NCBI GenBank assembly: GCA_947466585.1
Contig: CANIEU010000005.1
Span: 64,412-128,411 of the forward strand
DNA from: Fibrobacterota bacterium
GTDB lineage: Bacteria > Fibrobacterota > Fibrobacteria > UBA11236
Direction of reading: 5' to 3'
DNA length: 64,000 bases
Below the pieces are notes generated by a model. That model made no database searches. It had not been told where the DNA came from and saw nothing but the letters and a program-made list of their open reading frames with translations. The stretch's first letter is position 1. Each line of letters begins with the position of its first letter. This document shows, piece by piece, positions 48,049-59,703 of this stretch. Made by a program: the position numbers and the translations under genes.

Positions 48049-49011
48049 ATGATTAAGGTTGCACTGGACGCCATGGGCGGGGATAATGCCCCCGAAGCCG
48101 TGGTGGAGGGCGCAGTACTCGCAGCGCGCGAAGCGGCGGGGCGGTACGGTATTGTCCTGACGGGCCCCGAAGAGGTCGTCACTCCCCTGATCGCAAAATA
48201 CGGCGGGGCAGATCTCGGGATCGAAGTTTTTCATGCGCCCGATATCGTGGCCATGGACGACTCCCCGGCCGCCGTTTTGAAAACCAAACCCAATTCCGGT
48301 CTCGTCGCCTGCGTCGCCCTGCAAAAGGCCGGCAAGGTGCAGGCTAGCATATCCGCCGGCAACTCCGGTGCGATGATGGCCGCCTGTCTCATGATCCTGG
48401 GGCGCGTGGGTCAGATTTCCCGTCCTGCCATCGCCTGCGTAATGCCTTCGCTGAACAAGCCCACTGTGGTGCTCGATTGCGGCGCCAACGTCGACGAAAA
48501 GCCGGCCACACTGGTGCACTTCGGCATTTGCGGTTCCGTGTTCGCCGAAGCCGTTTTGGGACGTACCAACCCCAAGGTCGGCTTGCTGAACATGGGCGAA
48601 GAAGAGAAAAAGGGTCCCGAGACCCTGCAAGAAGCCCACCAACTGCTCAAGCAAGCTCCGCTGAACTTCACCGGCAACGTCGAAGGTCGCGACCTCCTCA
48701 AGGGCGAAGTCGACGTGGTGGTGACCCCCGGTTACACGGGCAATGTGGTGTTGAAGTTGATGGAGGGTTTTCACGAGTACCACCTCAGCCTGTTCGGACA
48801 GATCGACTCCCCCGCGGGCCGTCAGTTCGAAAACGACTGGGATTACTCGAACATCGGTGCGGCCTTGTTGCTCGGCCTCAATGGCGCGGGCCTCATCACC
48901 CACGGTCGTGCCGACGCCAAGGCCATCAAAAACGGTGTGGAAGCCGCGTATCAGCAGGCTGCTGCGGGCGTCGCCGAAAAAATTGCCGCGAAGCTGACAC
49001 AGGTCGCTTGA
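48049..49011 (+). CDS. plsX: Phosphate acyltransferase PlsX
   Basis: ALDAMGGDNAP, SAGNSGA, RPAIA, LDCGAN, LLNMGEE..KG, GNV.LK..EG. Confidence 0.96.
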   Translation: MIKVALDAMGGDNAPEAVVEGAVLAAREAAGRYGIVLTGPEEVVTPLIAKYGGADLGIEVFHAPDIVAMDDSPAAVLKTKPNSGLVACVALQKAGKVQASISAGNSGAMMAACLMILGRVGQISRPAIACVMPSLNKPTVVLDCGANVDEKPATLVHFGICGSVFAEAVLGRTNPKVGLLNMGEEEKKGPETLQEAHQLLKQAPLNFTGNVEGRDLLKGEVDVVVTPGYTGNVVLKLMEGFHEYHLSLFGQIDSPAGRQFENDWDYSNIGAALLLGLNGAGLITHGRADAKAIKNGVEAAYQQAAAGVAEKIAAKLTQVA

Positions 49012-49077
49012 TTCGCTCGATTCCACGGTCGCCTGCGGGCGAACCGCGCGAGTCTTAAAAAATCCCGAAGGAGTATC

Positions 49078-50028
49078 ATGGGTGCCATCATCTCCGGCTT
49101 GGGAATCTCCCTTCCCGACAATGTGCTGACCAACGCCGATCTCGAGCGGATGGTGGACACCTCCGACGAATGGATTCTTACGCGCACCGGCATTCGTGAA
49201 CGGCGCATTCTTCCCAAAGACAGTCCTCTGCTGGCTTCCGATCTCGGAGCCGCCGCCGCCTTGCAGGCGTTGCAACGCGCCGGTGTTCGCGCCGATCAGG
49301 TCGGAGCGATTCTGGTAGGCGGTATCGTACCGGACATGCAGTTCCCGTCCACAGCGTGCATCATCCAGGAAAAAATCGGCGCCAAAAACGCCTTCGCGTT
49401 CGATATCACCGCCGCCTGCGCAGGGTTCGTCTACGGCGTGAACATGGCCTCGCTTCTGATCGACTCGGGACAGTGCGACCATGTGCTCGTGATCGGCGCG
49501 GAAACACTTTCACGCGCGGTCGACTGGACCGATCGCAACACTTGCATTCTCTTCGGGGACGCAGGCGCCGCCGCGGTGCTCAGCCGTGGCCCGAAGGATC
49601 GCGGCGTGATCCGCTCGTTGCTACGCAGTGACGGCGGCGCTGCCGATATTCTCAAGCTCGGCAATCTCGCGCACGGCACAGCATGCATCAACATGGACGG
49701 CAAGCACGTCTTCAAGCTTGCGGTCTCTGAAGTGTCGCGTGTGGTGGTGGACACGCTTGCGCTCGAAGGGCTGACAGCGGCCAACCTCGATCTGTTTGTC
49801 GCCCATCAAGCCAACGTGCGCATTCTCAACGCCATCGGCGAAAAGCTCGGCCTACCCGAAGAGAAGGTGATGGTGAACGTGCAGCGCTACGGGAACACCT
49901 CCTCGGCCTCCGTTCCGCTCGCCTTGTTTGAGGCGGAAGCGGAGGGCCGCCTCAAGCCCGGTATGCTCGTGGGCCTCGCCGCCGTGGGCGGCGGTATGGC
50001 GTGGGGATGCAATTTGGTGCGGTGGTGA
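49078..50028 (+). CDS. fabH: Beta-ketoacyl-ACP synthase III
   Basis: DTSDEWI..RTGI, AACAGF (Cys), HQAN (His), GNTSSAS (Asn). Confidence 0.96.
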   Translation: MGAIISGLGISLPDNVLTNADLERMVDTSDEWILTRTGIRERRILPKDSPLLASDLGAAAALQALQRAGVRADQVGAILVGGIVPDMQFPSTACIIQEKIGAKNAFAFDITAACAGFVYGVNMASLLIDSGQCDHVLVIGAETLSRAVDWTDRNTCILFGDAGAAAVLSRGPKDRGVIRSLLRSDGGAADILKLGNLAHGTACINMDGKHVFKLAVSEVSRVVVDTLALEGLTAANLDLFVAHQANVRILNAIGEKLGLPEEKVMVNVQRYGNTSSASVPLALFEAEAEGRLKPGMLVGLAAVGGGMAWGCNLVRW

Positions 50029-50117
50029 TCCCACTGTAGCACCTGAACGCGGTATATTCCTTGAAATTCCATCGAATCCCAGAAAAGCACTGATACGCAA
50101 AAAGGATTTTTCCGGTC

Positions 50118-51029
50118 ATGAGCAAACGCATCCTTCTCTTTCCCGGCCAAGGTTCCCAATACCTCGGTATGGGCAAAAAACTTTCCGAATCCCATGCAGG
50201 CGCCAAGCGCATTCTTGACGAAGCGAATGCGGTGCTCGGATTCGATCTTTCCGACATTCTGTGGAACGGTCCCGAAGAGAAGCTGACCTCCACCGACAAT
50301 ACCCAGCCGGCATTGTTCACCGTGTCGATGATGGCGTATGAGTGGTTGAAGGAACATCATCTTTCGGCTGATTACGCCGCCGGTCATTCGCTCGGCGAAT
50401 ATTCTGCCCTGTGCGCGGCAGGTGTGTTCTCCTTCGCCGACGGCTTGCGTCTGGTGCGCCTGCGCGGCGAATTGATGGCCAAGGCCGGCGTGGCCAAACC
50501 CGGCGCCATGTCCGCCATTCTGGGGCTCGAGCGCGACAAGCTCGAAGAGGCGCTCGCGGGCGCGGCTTCCGCAGGCATCGTGGTTGCGGCCAACTTCAAC
50601 AGCACCACGCAAATCGTGATCTCGGGCGAAAGCGCAGCGGTGGAAGCCGCTGAAAAACTCTCCACCGAACTGGGCGCGAAAAAAGTGGTGCGTCTCGCCG
50701 TGAGCGGCGCGTTCCACTCGCCGCTGATGGGCTATGCCGTAGACGGATTGGGCGCTGGTCTCGAATCGGTGGCCTTCGCCGCGCCGAAGATTCCGATCAT
50801 CAACAACGTGGATGCACACACCGAAAGCGATCCCGCCGCGCTCAAGGATGGATTGCTCCGTCAGCTTACCTCGCCGGTGCGCTGGGTCGAATCGATGCAG
50901 TTCGCCGCCGCACAAGGCGTCACCGAAGGACTCGAAGTGGGCGCCGGCAAGGTGCTTATGGGTCTCTTGCGCGGCATCACGCGCGACATCAAGGTCACGC
51001 CGGTGGAGAATCCTGAGGACTTGGCTTAA
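50118..51029 (+). CDS. fabD: Malonyl-CoA:ACP transacylase
   Basis: FPGQGSQ, TQPA, GHSLGEY, AFHS. Confidence 0.97.
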   Translation: MSKRILLFPGQGSQYLGMGKKLSESHAGAKRILDEANAVLGFDLSDILWNGPEEKLTSTDNTQPALFTVSMMAYEWLKEHHLSADYAAGHSLGEYSALCAAGVFSFADGLRLVRLRGELMAKAGVAKPGAMSAILGLERDKLEEALAGAASAGIVVAANFNSTTQIVISGESAAVEAAEKLSTELGAKKVVRLAVSGAFHSPLMGYAVDGLGAGLESVAFAAPKIPIINNVDAHTESDPAALKDGLLRQLTSPVRWVESMQFAAAQGVTEGLEVGAGKVLMGLLRGITRDIKVTPVENPEDLA

Positions 51030-51035
51030 CTTTAC

Positions 51036-51103
51036 CCGTACTCCTAGTCGTACTTCGTACTCGTAATCGATCTTCGTTTCGTAAAAACCGAGTACGAGTA
51101 CGA
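51036..51103. repeat. Inverted hexamer-array element C
   Basis: Degenerate TCGTA(C/A) hexamers; TCGTACTCGTAATCG (51055-69) pairs with CGAGTACGAGTACGA (51089-103), 1 mismatch. Confidence 0.8.
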
Positions 51104-51126
51104 TAAATTAGAGAGAGGATTTACAC

Positions 51127-51861
51127 ATGATCGACCTCAAAGGACAAACCGCTCTCGTCACCGGCGCCAGCCGCGGACTGGGCTACGCCATCGCGCACCG
51201 TCTCGCCACTCAGGGGGCCATCGTGCACCTGGTGGCACGGGGAGCCGCCGGGGTGGAGGAGGCCGCGCAAAAGATCGCTGCCGAAACCGGGGCGACCACG
51301 GTTGCACACGCGGCCGACATCGCCGACGCAGCGGCCGTACAGGGAGTTTTCGACGCAGTCCCCGATCTCGATATTCTCGTCAACAATGCCGGCATTACCC
51401 GCGACGGTTTGTTGATGCGCATGAAGGAGGAGGATTTTGACGAGGTGATCCGCGTCAATCTGCGTTCCGTGTTTTTATGCTCGCGTGCTGCAGTGAAGGC
51501 GATGATGAAGCGCCGTTACGGCCGCATCGTGAACCTCACATCCATTGTGGGGGTGCATGGTCAGGCGGGGCAGACCAATTACGCGGCCTCCAAGGCCGGT
51601 ATCATCGGGTTTACCAAAGCCACTGCCAAGGAAGTTGCGACACGCGGAATAACCTGCAACGCGATCGCCCCGGGTTTCATTGAATCCGACATGACCTCGG
51701 TCCTGAGCGAAGCCCAAAAGACCGGGATCCTGGCATCCATTCCGCAGGGACGCATGGGCCAACCCACAGAAATAGCCGACCTGACGGCCTACCTCTGTTC
51801 GCGGGAATCGGCCTATATTACCGGCCAGGTTCTCTCGATCGACGGGGGAATGGGGATTTAG
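51127..51861 (+). CDS. fabG: 3-oxoacyl-ACP reductase
   Basis: [28 protein letters not shown]. Confidence 0.97.
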   Translation: MIDLKGQTALVTGASRGLGYAIAHRLATQGAIVHLVARGAAGVEEAAQKIAAETGATTVAHAADIADAAAVQGVFDAVPDLDILVNNAGITRDGLLMRMKEEDFDEVIRVNLRSVFLCSRAAVKAMMKRRYGRIVNLTSIVGVHGQAGQTNYAASKAGIIGFTKATAKEVATRGITCNAIAPGFIESDMTSVLSEAQKTGILASIPQGRMGQPTEIADLTAYLCSRESAYITGQVLSIDGGMGI

Positions 51862-51871
51862 GGGGGCGCCT

Positions 51872-51993
51872 ACAGCGGACAGCGGACAGCGGACAGCTTA
51901 CAGCCAACTCCCGGACAAAACCTGCTTCAAGGCAGGCTTCCGGGGGAAAGTTTTTGTTGTTCACTGTTCACTGTACGCTTTACGCTGTAAGCT
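51872..51993. repeat. Inverted heptamer-array element D
   Basis: ACAGCGG x3 + ACAGCTT + ACAGC; hairpin in the spacer; right arm GTTGTTC-ACTGTTC-ACTGTAC-GCTTTAC-GCTGTAA. Confidence 0.88.
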
Positions 51994-52037
51994 CATCGCT
52001 CTTTGCTATACTTTTCCAACCTTTCAAGGAGAATCAA

Positions 52038-52274
52038 ATGTCCGACGACATGCTGCAGAAAATCACCAAGGTGATCGTTGAAAAATTGGGTGTCACCGAA
52101 GACAAGGTGAAGCCCGAAGCCGCCTTTGTGGAAGACCTCGGCGCCGACTCTCTCGACCAAGTCGAGTTGGTCATGGCTCTCGAAGACGAGTTTGATCTCG
52201 AGATTCCCGACGAAGACGCGGAGAAGCTCAAGAAAGTGGGAGACGTCATCTCCTACATCTCGTCGAAGAGCTAA
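52038..52274 (+). CDS. acpP: Acyl carrier protein
   Basis: [24 protein letters not shown] before ATG 52038. Confidence 0.97.
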   Translation: MSDDMLQKITKVIVEKLGVTEDKVKPEAAFVEDLGADSLDQVELVMALEDEFDLEIPDEDAEKLKKVGDVISYISSKS

Positions 52275-52296
52275 GGTTTTTCGCCTTCCTTCGGTT

Positions 52297-52335
52297 CAAT
52301 ACGGGCACTGCGCGCAAGCGGCGGTGCCCGTATTG
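52297..52335 (+). promoter_or_regulatory. Long stem-loop in the acpP-rnc spacer (candidate RNase III site or attenuator)
   Basis: CAATACGGGCACTGC pairs with GCGGTGCCCGTATTG (15 bp, one U-G), GCAA loop, no U-tract directly after. Confidence 0.55.
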
Positions 52336-52376
52336 CGTTGAAGGGTTTTCACGATTCCTTCACGAAAATCTTTTCG

Positions 52377-53129
52377 ATGCTTTCCTTTCTGAAAAACCTT
52401 TTTCGCGCCGGTACTCCCGGCTGGAAGCGTCCCGCGCGCCTTGAAAAGGTCATGGATTACCGCTTCAGCGATCCGCGCCTGCTCAAGATGGCGCTGTCGC
52501 ACCGCTCCTGGGTGAACAACGTCACGCGCGGTTCCCGACCTCCTTCCAATGAACGACTGGAGTTTTTGGGCGACAGCGTGATGAACGCCATCATCACCGA
52601 TACGCTGTATCGACGCTTTCCCGATTGCGACGAGGGCGAACTTTCCAAAATGAAATCGCTCGTGGTCAGCGCCAAGGTGCTGATCCCCTGTGCGGCGCTG
52701 CTCGACTTGGGCGAATACATGCTGCTCAGCAAATCCGAAGAAAAGTCGGGCGGGCGCACGCGTCCCAGCATTCTCGCAGACGCTTACGAAGCCATGCTCG
52801 GTGCGGTTTATCTCGACGGCGGTTACGAAGCCGTGCGCACCTTGATGAAGCGCACGCTCATCCAGATCATGGACGAGATTTTGCTCGACGCCAGCTTGGC
52901 CAATTATAAAAGCCTGTTGCTCGAATTCACCCAGTCGCGCGGGCTCGGCACGCCGCATTACGACGTGATCCGCGCCAGCGGTCCCGAACACCGCAAAGCC
53001 TTCGTAGTCGCCGCGATTGTGCGCGGCGAAGAGTGGGGGCGCGGTGCCGGCGGCACCAAGAAAGAAGCGGAGCAGGCCTGCGCCCGCGCCGCCCTCGAAA
53101 ACCGCGGCGCCTTGTTGGAGTCGGGTTAG
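52377..53129 (+). CDS. rnc: Ribonuclease III
   Basis: SNERLEFLGDS, EGELSK, LADAYEA..GAVYLD, dsRBD (KKEAEQ). Confidence 0.97.
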   Translation: MLSFLKNLFRAGTPGWKRPARLEKVMDYRFSDPRLLKMALSHRSWVNNVTRGSRPPSNERLEFLGDSVMNAIITDTLYRRFPDCDEGELSKMKSLVVSAKVLIPCAALLDLGEYMLLSKSEEKSGGRTRPSILADAYEAMLGAVYLDGGYEAVRTLMKRTLIQIMDEILLDASLANYKSLLLEFTQSRGLGTPHYDVIRASGPEHRKAFVVAAIVRGEEWGRGAGGTKKEAEQACARAALENRGALLESG

Positions 53130-53142
53130 TCCCGTCGCCGGC

Positions 53143-53997
53143 ATGGGCGCGCGTCCCTGGCGGATACTGATCGACGGGCGTCTTTCCGGAGCCCGCAACA
53201 TGGCCGTGGATGCGGCCATCCTGCGTGCCGTTGAGGCCGGAGAGTCACCACCGACCCTGCGCTTTTACGGATGGTCGCCCTGGTGCGTCAGCTTGGGGCA
53301 TTTTCAAAAACCAGAACGTGAACTCGATGCTGCGGCTCTACGGGAGGGCGGCTGGGATTTTGTGACGCGCCCGACGGGCGGCCGTGCGGTGCTGCATGCC
53401 GAAGAGATCACCTATTCGATTCTCGCACGTAAGGACGAGGCACCCTGGTGCGAAACGTTGGCGGTGTCCTACGAGCGCATCGGTTCCGCCTGGGCCGCCG
53501 CGCTCGACGGCTTCGGCCTCGATATGGTGCGAGGCGTATCCGGTATGTCCGACGAATTTGCGCCGCTGCGCGAAGGCGATTCGCCCGCGCCGCCGTGTTT
53601 CGCTTCCTCCGCACGTTCGGAACTCGCCTTCGGGGCACGCAAGGTAGTGGGGTCGGCACAGCGTCGTACGCGCGAAGCCTTTGTGCAGCACGGTTCCATT
53701 CCCGTCACACCCGATCACGAACGATTGGTGGAAGTTCTTCCTCTGGATGCTGCGGGGCGGAGCGAATACCTCCGTGTTCTGCGTACGCACGCCATTTCCC
53801 TCGGCGAAATTACCGCCCTGCCAGGCGCAGTGGATTCGGTGGACTGGACCGTTTGGGAACGGCGCATGGCCGCGACCCTTTTGGTCGAACTCGGAGTCAC
53901 CGGTTCGGAAGGCGCGCTGACTGCTGAAGAATCCGCCTTCGCCGACCGGCGCGAAGCGGAGCACCGGGACAAGCAGCGGGTGTTTTTAGGAGAGTAG
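53143..53997 (+). CDS. Lipoate-protein ligase A / LipM-like family protein
   Basis: NMAVDAAIL, PTLRFYGW, SLGHFQ, RPTGGRAVLH, KVVGSAQRR, QHGSI. Confidence 0.9.
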   Translation: MGARPWRILIDGRLSGARNMAVDAAILRAVEAGESPPTLRFYGWSPWCVSLGHFQKPERELDAAALREGGWDFVTRPTGGRAVLHAEEITYSILARKDEAPWCETLAVSYERIGSAWAAALDGFGLDMVRGVSGMSDEFAPLREGDSPAPPCFASSARSELAFGARKVVGSAQRRTREAFVQHGSIPVTPDHERLVEVLPLDAAGRSEYLRVLRTHAISLGEITALPGAVDSVDWTVWERRMAATLLVELGVTGSEGALTAEESAFADRREAEHRDKQRVFLGE

Positions 53998-54088
53998 GGA
54001 AGAGCAAGGGGTTCGTTGGTCCCTTGGTCCGTTTTTCAGTCGGTCAGGTTCGTGGCCTTCTGAAATAAGGATCACTGACAGACTTCCC

Positions 54089-54319
54089 TTAGTCAAGTCC
54101 CAACTCGTCCAACCGCTCTTCCACACCGGTTTCGGAAAAGAGCGCACTGAGGTTTGGGTCATCGGAATCGACGTCGCCGTCTTCCGCCAAAAAAGAGTGA
54201 CGGCTGCGATGTTCGGTTTTCAGGGAGCGGTTCGGATCGTTGGCCGCATCTTTTTCGGGAAGATCTTCGTTTGCATCGTCATCACGGGGTTCGGGTGCAG
54301 GTAGTTTGGGCTGTTTCAT
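54089..54319 (-). CDS. Small acidic hypothetical protein
   Basis: 76 aa; GGAG SD; TATATT about 40 nt upstream. Confidence 0.55.
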   Translation of the reverse strand: MKQPKLPAPEPRDDDANEDLPEKDAANDPNRSLKTEHRSRHSFLAEDGDVDSDDPNLSALFSETGVEERLDELGLD

Positions 54320-54660
54320 GGTGGTCTCCGGTTCCGGGGAACAACGGGTTCTTCACTCCGAATATACGCCCTTCGCCGGGTGCAGGGTGGGGATGAAAAA
54401 TCCGATGTCGGTTCGCTGTCTCGCAAACGAAAGGTCAATCCGGGGAGGAGACCGAAAAGGGCTTTGCGTTCAAATCCAGCGGATTCGATCGGATGGGAAG
54501 CGGGTCGGCGCAAGCACCCCGAACGGAGGGCGGACGGCAGGGACTTCCTCGCCTTAACTTCGCCCGTACTTTACCCTAACCTTCCCAAATACCGTTGGTT
54601 AGGAATTTGGTTCCTGCGGCTCGAAAGAGTTAAATTTCCCCAATTCCCGAGGTATCGCTT

Positions 54661-56451
54661 TTGCAAGAATCTCCCGTCGCGCCCGCTCCAGAAACTCCCT
54701 CCACTGCAGGCTTGCCCTTGATCGTTCAGGGCGATATGACCGTGCTGCTCGAGGTCAACCACCCGATGCACGATGAGGCCCGCGATGCGATCGCCCCGTT
54801 TACGGAGCTGGTCAAGAGTCCGGAGCACGTGCACACCTACGCGATCTCCCATTTGTCCCTGTGGAATGCGGCGTCGGCCGGGCACAGCTCGACCGAGGTG
54901 TTGACCATTTTGCGTGGGTTGTCGCGGTACGCGTTGCCCGCCAACGTGGTTTTCGAGATCGAGAGCTTCATGGACCGCTACGGCATGGTGCGCTTGCGCC
55001 GCGTGCCCGAAGGCCTCGTGCTCGAAGCGGATGATGCCGGGCTGCTCGCCGAGATTTGCAAGCATCGCGAAGTGGCGCTGCATTTGGCCGATCCGGCAGA
55101 GAGCGAGCCGGTGTCGCAGCCCGAGACGGGTTCGCGCGTACTGCTTCTGCCTCATGCCCGCGGTCCGGTGAAGGTCGCGTTGACCCAGATCGGGTTTCCT
55201 GCAGAAGATTTGGCCGGTTATGCCGAAGGCCATCCGCTCAAGGTTTCCCTGCGCGAGACCACGCTCGACGGCAAACCCATGGGGTTGCGCGATTATCAAG
55301 ATGCCGCTTCGCGCGTGTTCCATGCCGGCGGTTCGGAAAAGGGCGGCTCCGGCGTGATCGTGTTGCCTTGCGGTGCCGGCAAAACCGTGGTGGGCTTGGC
55401 GACCATGGTGCGCTGCCAGTGCCATACGCTAGTGCTGACCACCAACGTCACGGCGGCACGCCAGTGGATCCGCGAGATTCTCGACAAGACCACGCTGACG
55501 TCCGACCAGGTGTCGGAGTATACCGGCGACAGCAAGACCATCGCGCCGGTGACCGTGGCCACCTACCAGATTCTGACCTACCGCAAACGCAAGACCGAAG
55601 AGTATCCGCATTTCGGCATCTTCGCCCAAAATTCTTGGGGCCTCATCCTGTATGATGAGGTGCACCTGTTGCCCGCGCCGGTGTTCCGCATTTCGGCGGA
55701 TATGCAAGCCACGCGCCGCCTCGGCCTTACGGCCACGCTGGTGCGCGAAGACGGCAAGCAGAAGGAAGTCTTCTCGCTCATCGGCCCCAAGCGCTTCGAG
55801 GTTCCCTGGAAGCAGTTGGAGGCGCAGGGCTGGATCGCCACGGCGATCTGCACCGAGATCCGCGTACCGCTGCGCAATAGCGAGCGCCTGACCTACGCGT
55901 TGGCCGACTTGCGCGAAAAGACCATGCTGGCTTCCACCAACCCCGAGAAAATCGCGGTGGTGCGTGAGCTGCTCAACCGTCACAAGAACGACCGCGTGCT
56001 CATCATTGGGCAGTATCTCAGCCAGCTCGATCTCTTGCGCGATCTACTCGGCTTTCCGCTCATCACCGGTTCGACGCCGAATTCGGAACGTGAGCGCTTG
56101 TTCGGAGCCTTCCGTTCCGGTGAGATCACCACGCTGATCGTTTCGAAGGTCGGTAACTTCGCCGTCGATATCCCTGACGCGAACGTGTTGATTCAGGTTT
56201 CGGGTACCTTCGGAAGCCGTCAGGAAGAGGCCCAGCGCCTCGGCCGCGTGCTGCGTCCCAAGGCCAACGGCTCGCTGGCCCACTTTTACACGCTGATCAC
56301 CCGCGACACCAAGGAGCAGGAGTTCGGCATGAACCGCCAGTTGTTCCTGATCGAACAAGGTTACAGCTACGACGTACGGGAGTGGAAGGACTTTCTGGTG
56401 AACGGGGAGACGGATGCGCCTGGAGAAACGGTCGCTCCGGAAAACCCGTAA
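54661..56451 (+). CDS. DNA repair helicase XPB/Rad25-like
   Basis: PLIVQGD.TVLLE, KSPEHVHTY, LPCGAGKT, DEVH, LGLTAT, QEEAQRLGRVLRPK. Confidence 0.93.
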   Translation: MQESPVAPAPETPSTAGLPLIVQGDMTVLLEVNHPMHDEARDAIAPFTELVKSPEHVHTYAISHLSLWNAASAGHSSTEVLTILRGLSRYALPANVVFEIESFMDRYGMVRLRRVPEGLVLEADDAGLLAEICKHREVALHLADPAESEPVSQPETGSRVLLLPHARGPVKVALTQIGFPAEDLAGYAEGHPLKVSLRETTLDGKPMGLRDYQDAASRVFHAGGSEKGGSGVIVLPCGAGKTVVGLATMVRCQCHTLVLTTNVTAARQWIREILDKTTLTSDQVSEYTGDSKTIAPVTVATYQILTYRKRKTEEYPHFGIFAQNSWGLILYDEVHLLPAPVFRISADMQATRRLGLTATLVREDGKQKEVFSLIGPKRFEVPWKQLEAQGWIATAICTEIRVPLRNSERLTYALADLREKTMLASTNPEKIAVVRELLNRHKNDRVLIIGQYLSQLDLLRDLLGFPLITGSTPNSERERLFGAFRSGEITTLIVSKVGNFAVDIPDANVLIQVSGTFGSRQEEAQRLGRVLRPKANGSLAHFYTLITRDTKEQEFGMNRQLFLIEQGYSYDVREWKDFLVNGETDAPGETVAPENP

Positions 56452-56479
56452 TTATGGAAGCAGAAACCGGTGCAGCCCG

Positions 56480-58131
<1,652 letters not shown>

Positions 58132-58135
<4 letters not shown>

Positions 58136-59652
58136 AGTCCCATCTGCCGTTCGGTTTTCGTTGTGGACGCGCGCTGTCGATGGCCCTCGCCTTGGTGGGA
58201 ACGTTCGTCCTTGCAAACTCTGTTTCGGCGAAGAGTCCCGGAAAATCCGGTTCTCCTCAGGGGATCCCGACCCACTACTCCGGCATTTCCATTCCGGTGG
58301 ATGTGTATGAGCCGCCCTATCCGGGCGATGCGCGTGTGATGCTCTCCGGTTGCGCGACGGCCTATCTGGTGCCCGATAGTACGCTCGACCTGGTGCGGCT
58401 GTTTGTCTACGCTCCCGGCCCCATGCTGCCGGCAAAGCCGCAGGATGCCGTGCGCCAGCGGTTTTACTCCGCACTACTCGGCGACGGTGGCACGCGATCG
58501 CTCACACCGGCGCGCCTGCAAGACAGTCTGGAGTTCATTGCGGCCTCACTCGATGCGGGGCGCGGAGCCTGGCAGGGGGACGCCTCCTTTGACGCGCTCA
58601 GCAAGGACGCCGATGCGATGCTGGGTTTGCTCGCCGACGTGCTTTTGCAACCCCGCTTCGACGGTGAGATTTTCAAGGTCACGCAGCGCGGCATGCTGGA
58701 AGGCAACAAGCACCGCTATTCCACGCCGGGTAGCGTTTTGGGTGCGGCCACCGAGCGCGTGCTCTTCGGCAGCCATCCCGTGAACTGGGGCGTCACGGAT
58801 GCGGAGATTTTGTCGGCCACGCCGCAGTCGCTTAAACCGATGGCGGGTTCCGGATTCGCACGCAACCGACTCGTGCTCGGTGTCGCAGGCCGTTTCGACC
58901 GCGCACAAATGATCCGCAAGCTGGAAGCCTTTGTGGCGAAGTTTCCCCTGGCCGATTCGGTTTCTGCCGTGCCGCCATTTCGCGGCTCGCAGGCACCCGG
59001 GGTGTATCTCGTCGACAAGCCCTTTACGCAAGCTTCGATCCGCATGGCCGCGCCCGGCGTGCAACGTCCGCATCCCGATTACTACCGCTTGCTGGTGGCC
59101 AGCGAGATTTTCGGCGGAGGCAGCTTCACGTCGCGCCTGTCGCAAAAGGTGCGCAGCGACGAAGGCCTAGCCTACAGCGTCAGCAGCGACGTGCAGAGCG
59201 ATTACAACCGCCGCGGTCTCGTGATTGCCGGTTTGCAGACCAAGGCCGCTACCGGCGCTTTCGCGATCCGCATTGTGCGCGACGAGATGCGCCGCATGGC
59301 CGCCGACGGCATTACCGACGAAGAGTTCGAGCGCGCCCGCGATGGCCTGCTCAAAAGCCTTCCGGCGCTGTTCGACTCGCCGGCTTCGACCGCACGCGTG
59401 TTCGCGCAGAGTGCGGCGTGGGGACGTTCCCCGGAACATTTCCGCGAATACCGCAAGGCGCTCGAGAACATGAAGCGCGCCGAAGTGGAAGACGCCTTCC
59501 GCCGCTACTTCGTGGCCGATTCATTGCGCATCGTGGTGGTGGGCCCCAAGGCGGAGCTGCTTAAAAAAGACGCGGCGCATGGCGGCGTATCGCTTTCCGA
59601 CTTCGGCAAGATCACGGAGATCACCGAGGCGGATTTGGACAAACGCGAGTAG
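58132..59652 (+). CDS. M16 peptidase, non-catalytic partner subunit
   Basis: No HxxEH; GGGSFTSRL...VRSDEGLAYSV; signal peptide; ATGA overlap with the previous gene. Confidence 0.88.
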
Positions 59653-59703
59653 TCGAAGCGCATCCCTTAACCAGCTTTTTTAAAGTTTTTTACGGAGAGA
59701 CCC

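Noticed and set aside
47809..49482. Long antisense or alternative-frame ORFs (e.g. 47809-49482 -, 10860-12434 -, 56909-58474 -, 36001-37269 -, 25730-26902 +)
   Set aside because: Shadow ORFs opposite well-supported genes; expected in GC-rich DNA with strong codon bias, and no recognisable motifs
51954..52037. N-terminal extension of ACP in the ORF track, and ORFs 33403-34062 and 30787-31293 that begin in repeats
   Set aside because: These are translations of the heptamer arrays; acpP has a clear SD and ATG at 52038, and the others overlap real genes out of frame or antisense
53998..54090. Possible seventh inverted-array element (TTGGTCC x2 ... AAGGATC-ACTGACA)
   Set aside because: Only two clear units and poor arm complementarity; too degenerate to count
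54405..54500. c-di-GMP-I riboswitch-like words on the - strand (ACGCAAAGCC...GGTCT...GACAGCG)
   Set aside because: No GGCAAAC or GNRA-capped P2 stem, and the likely -10 of the downstream small ORF lies 3' of it; an Rfam search would settle it
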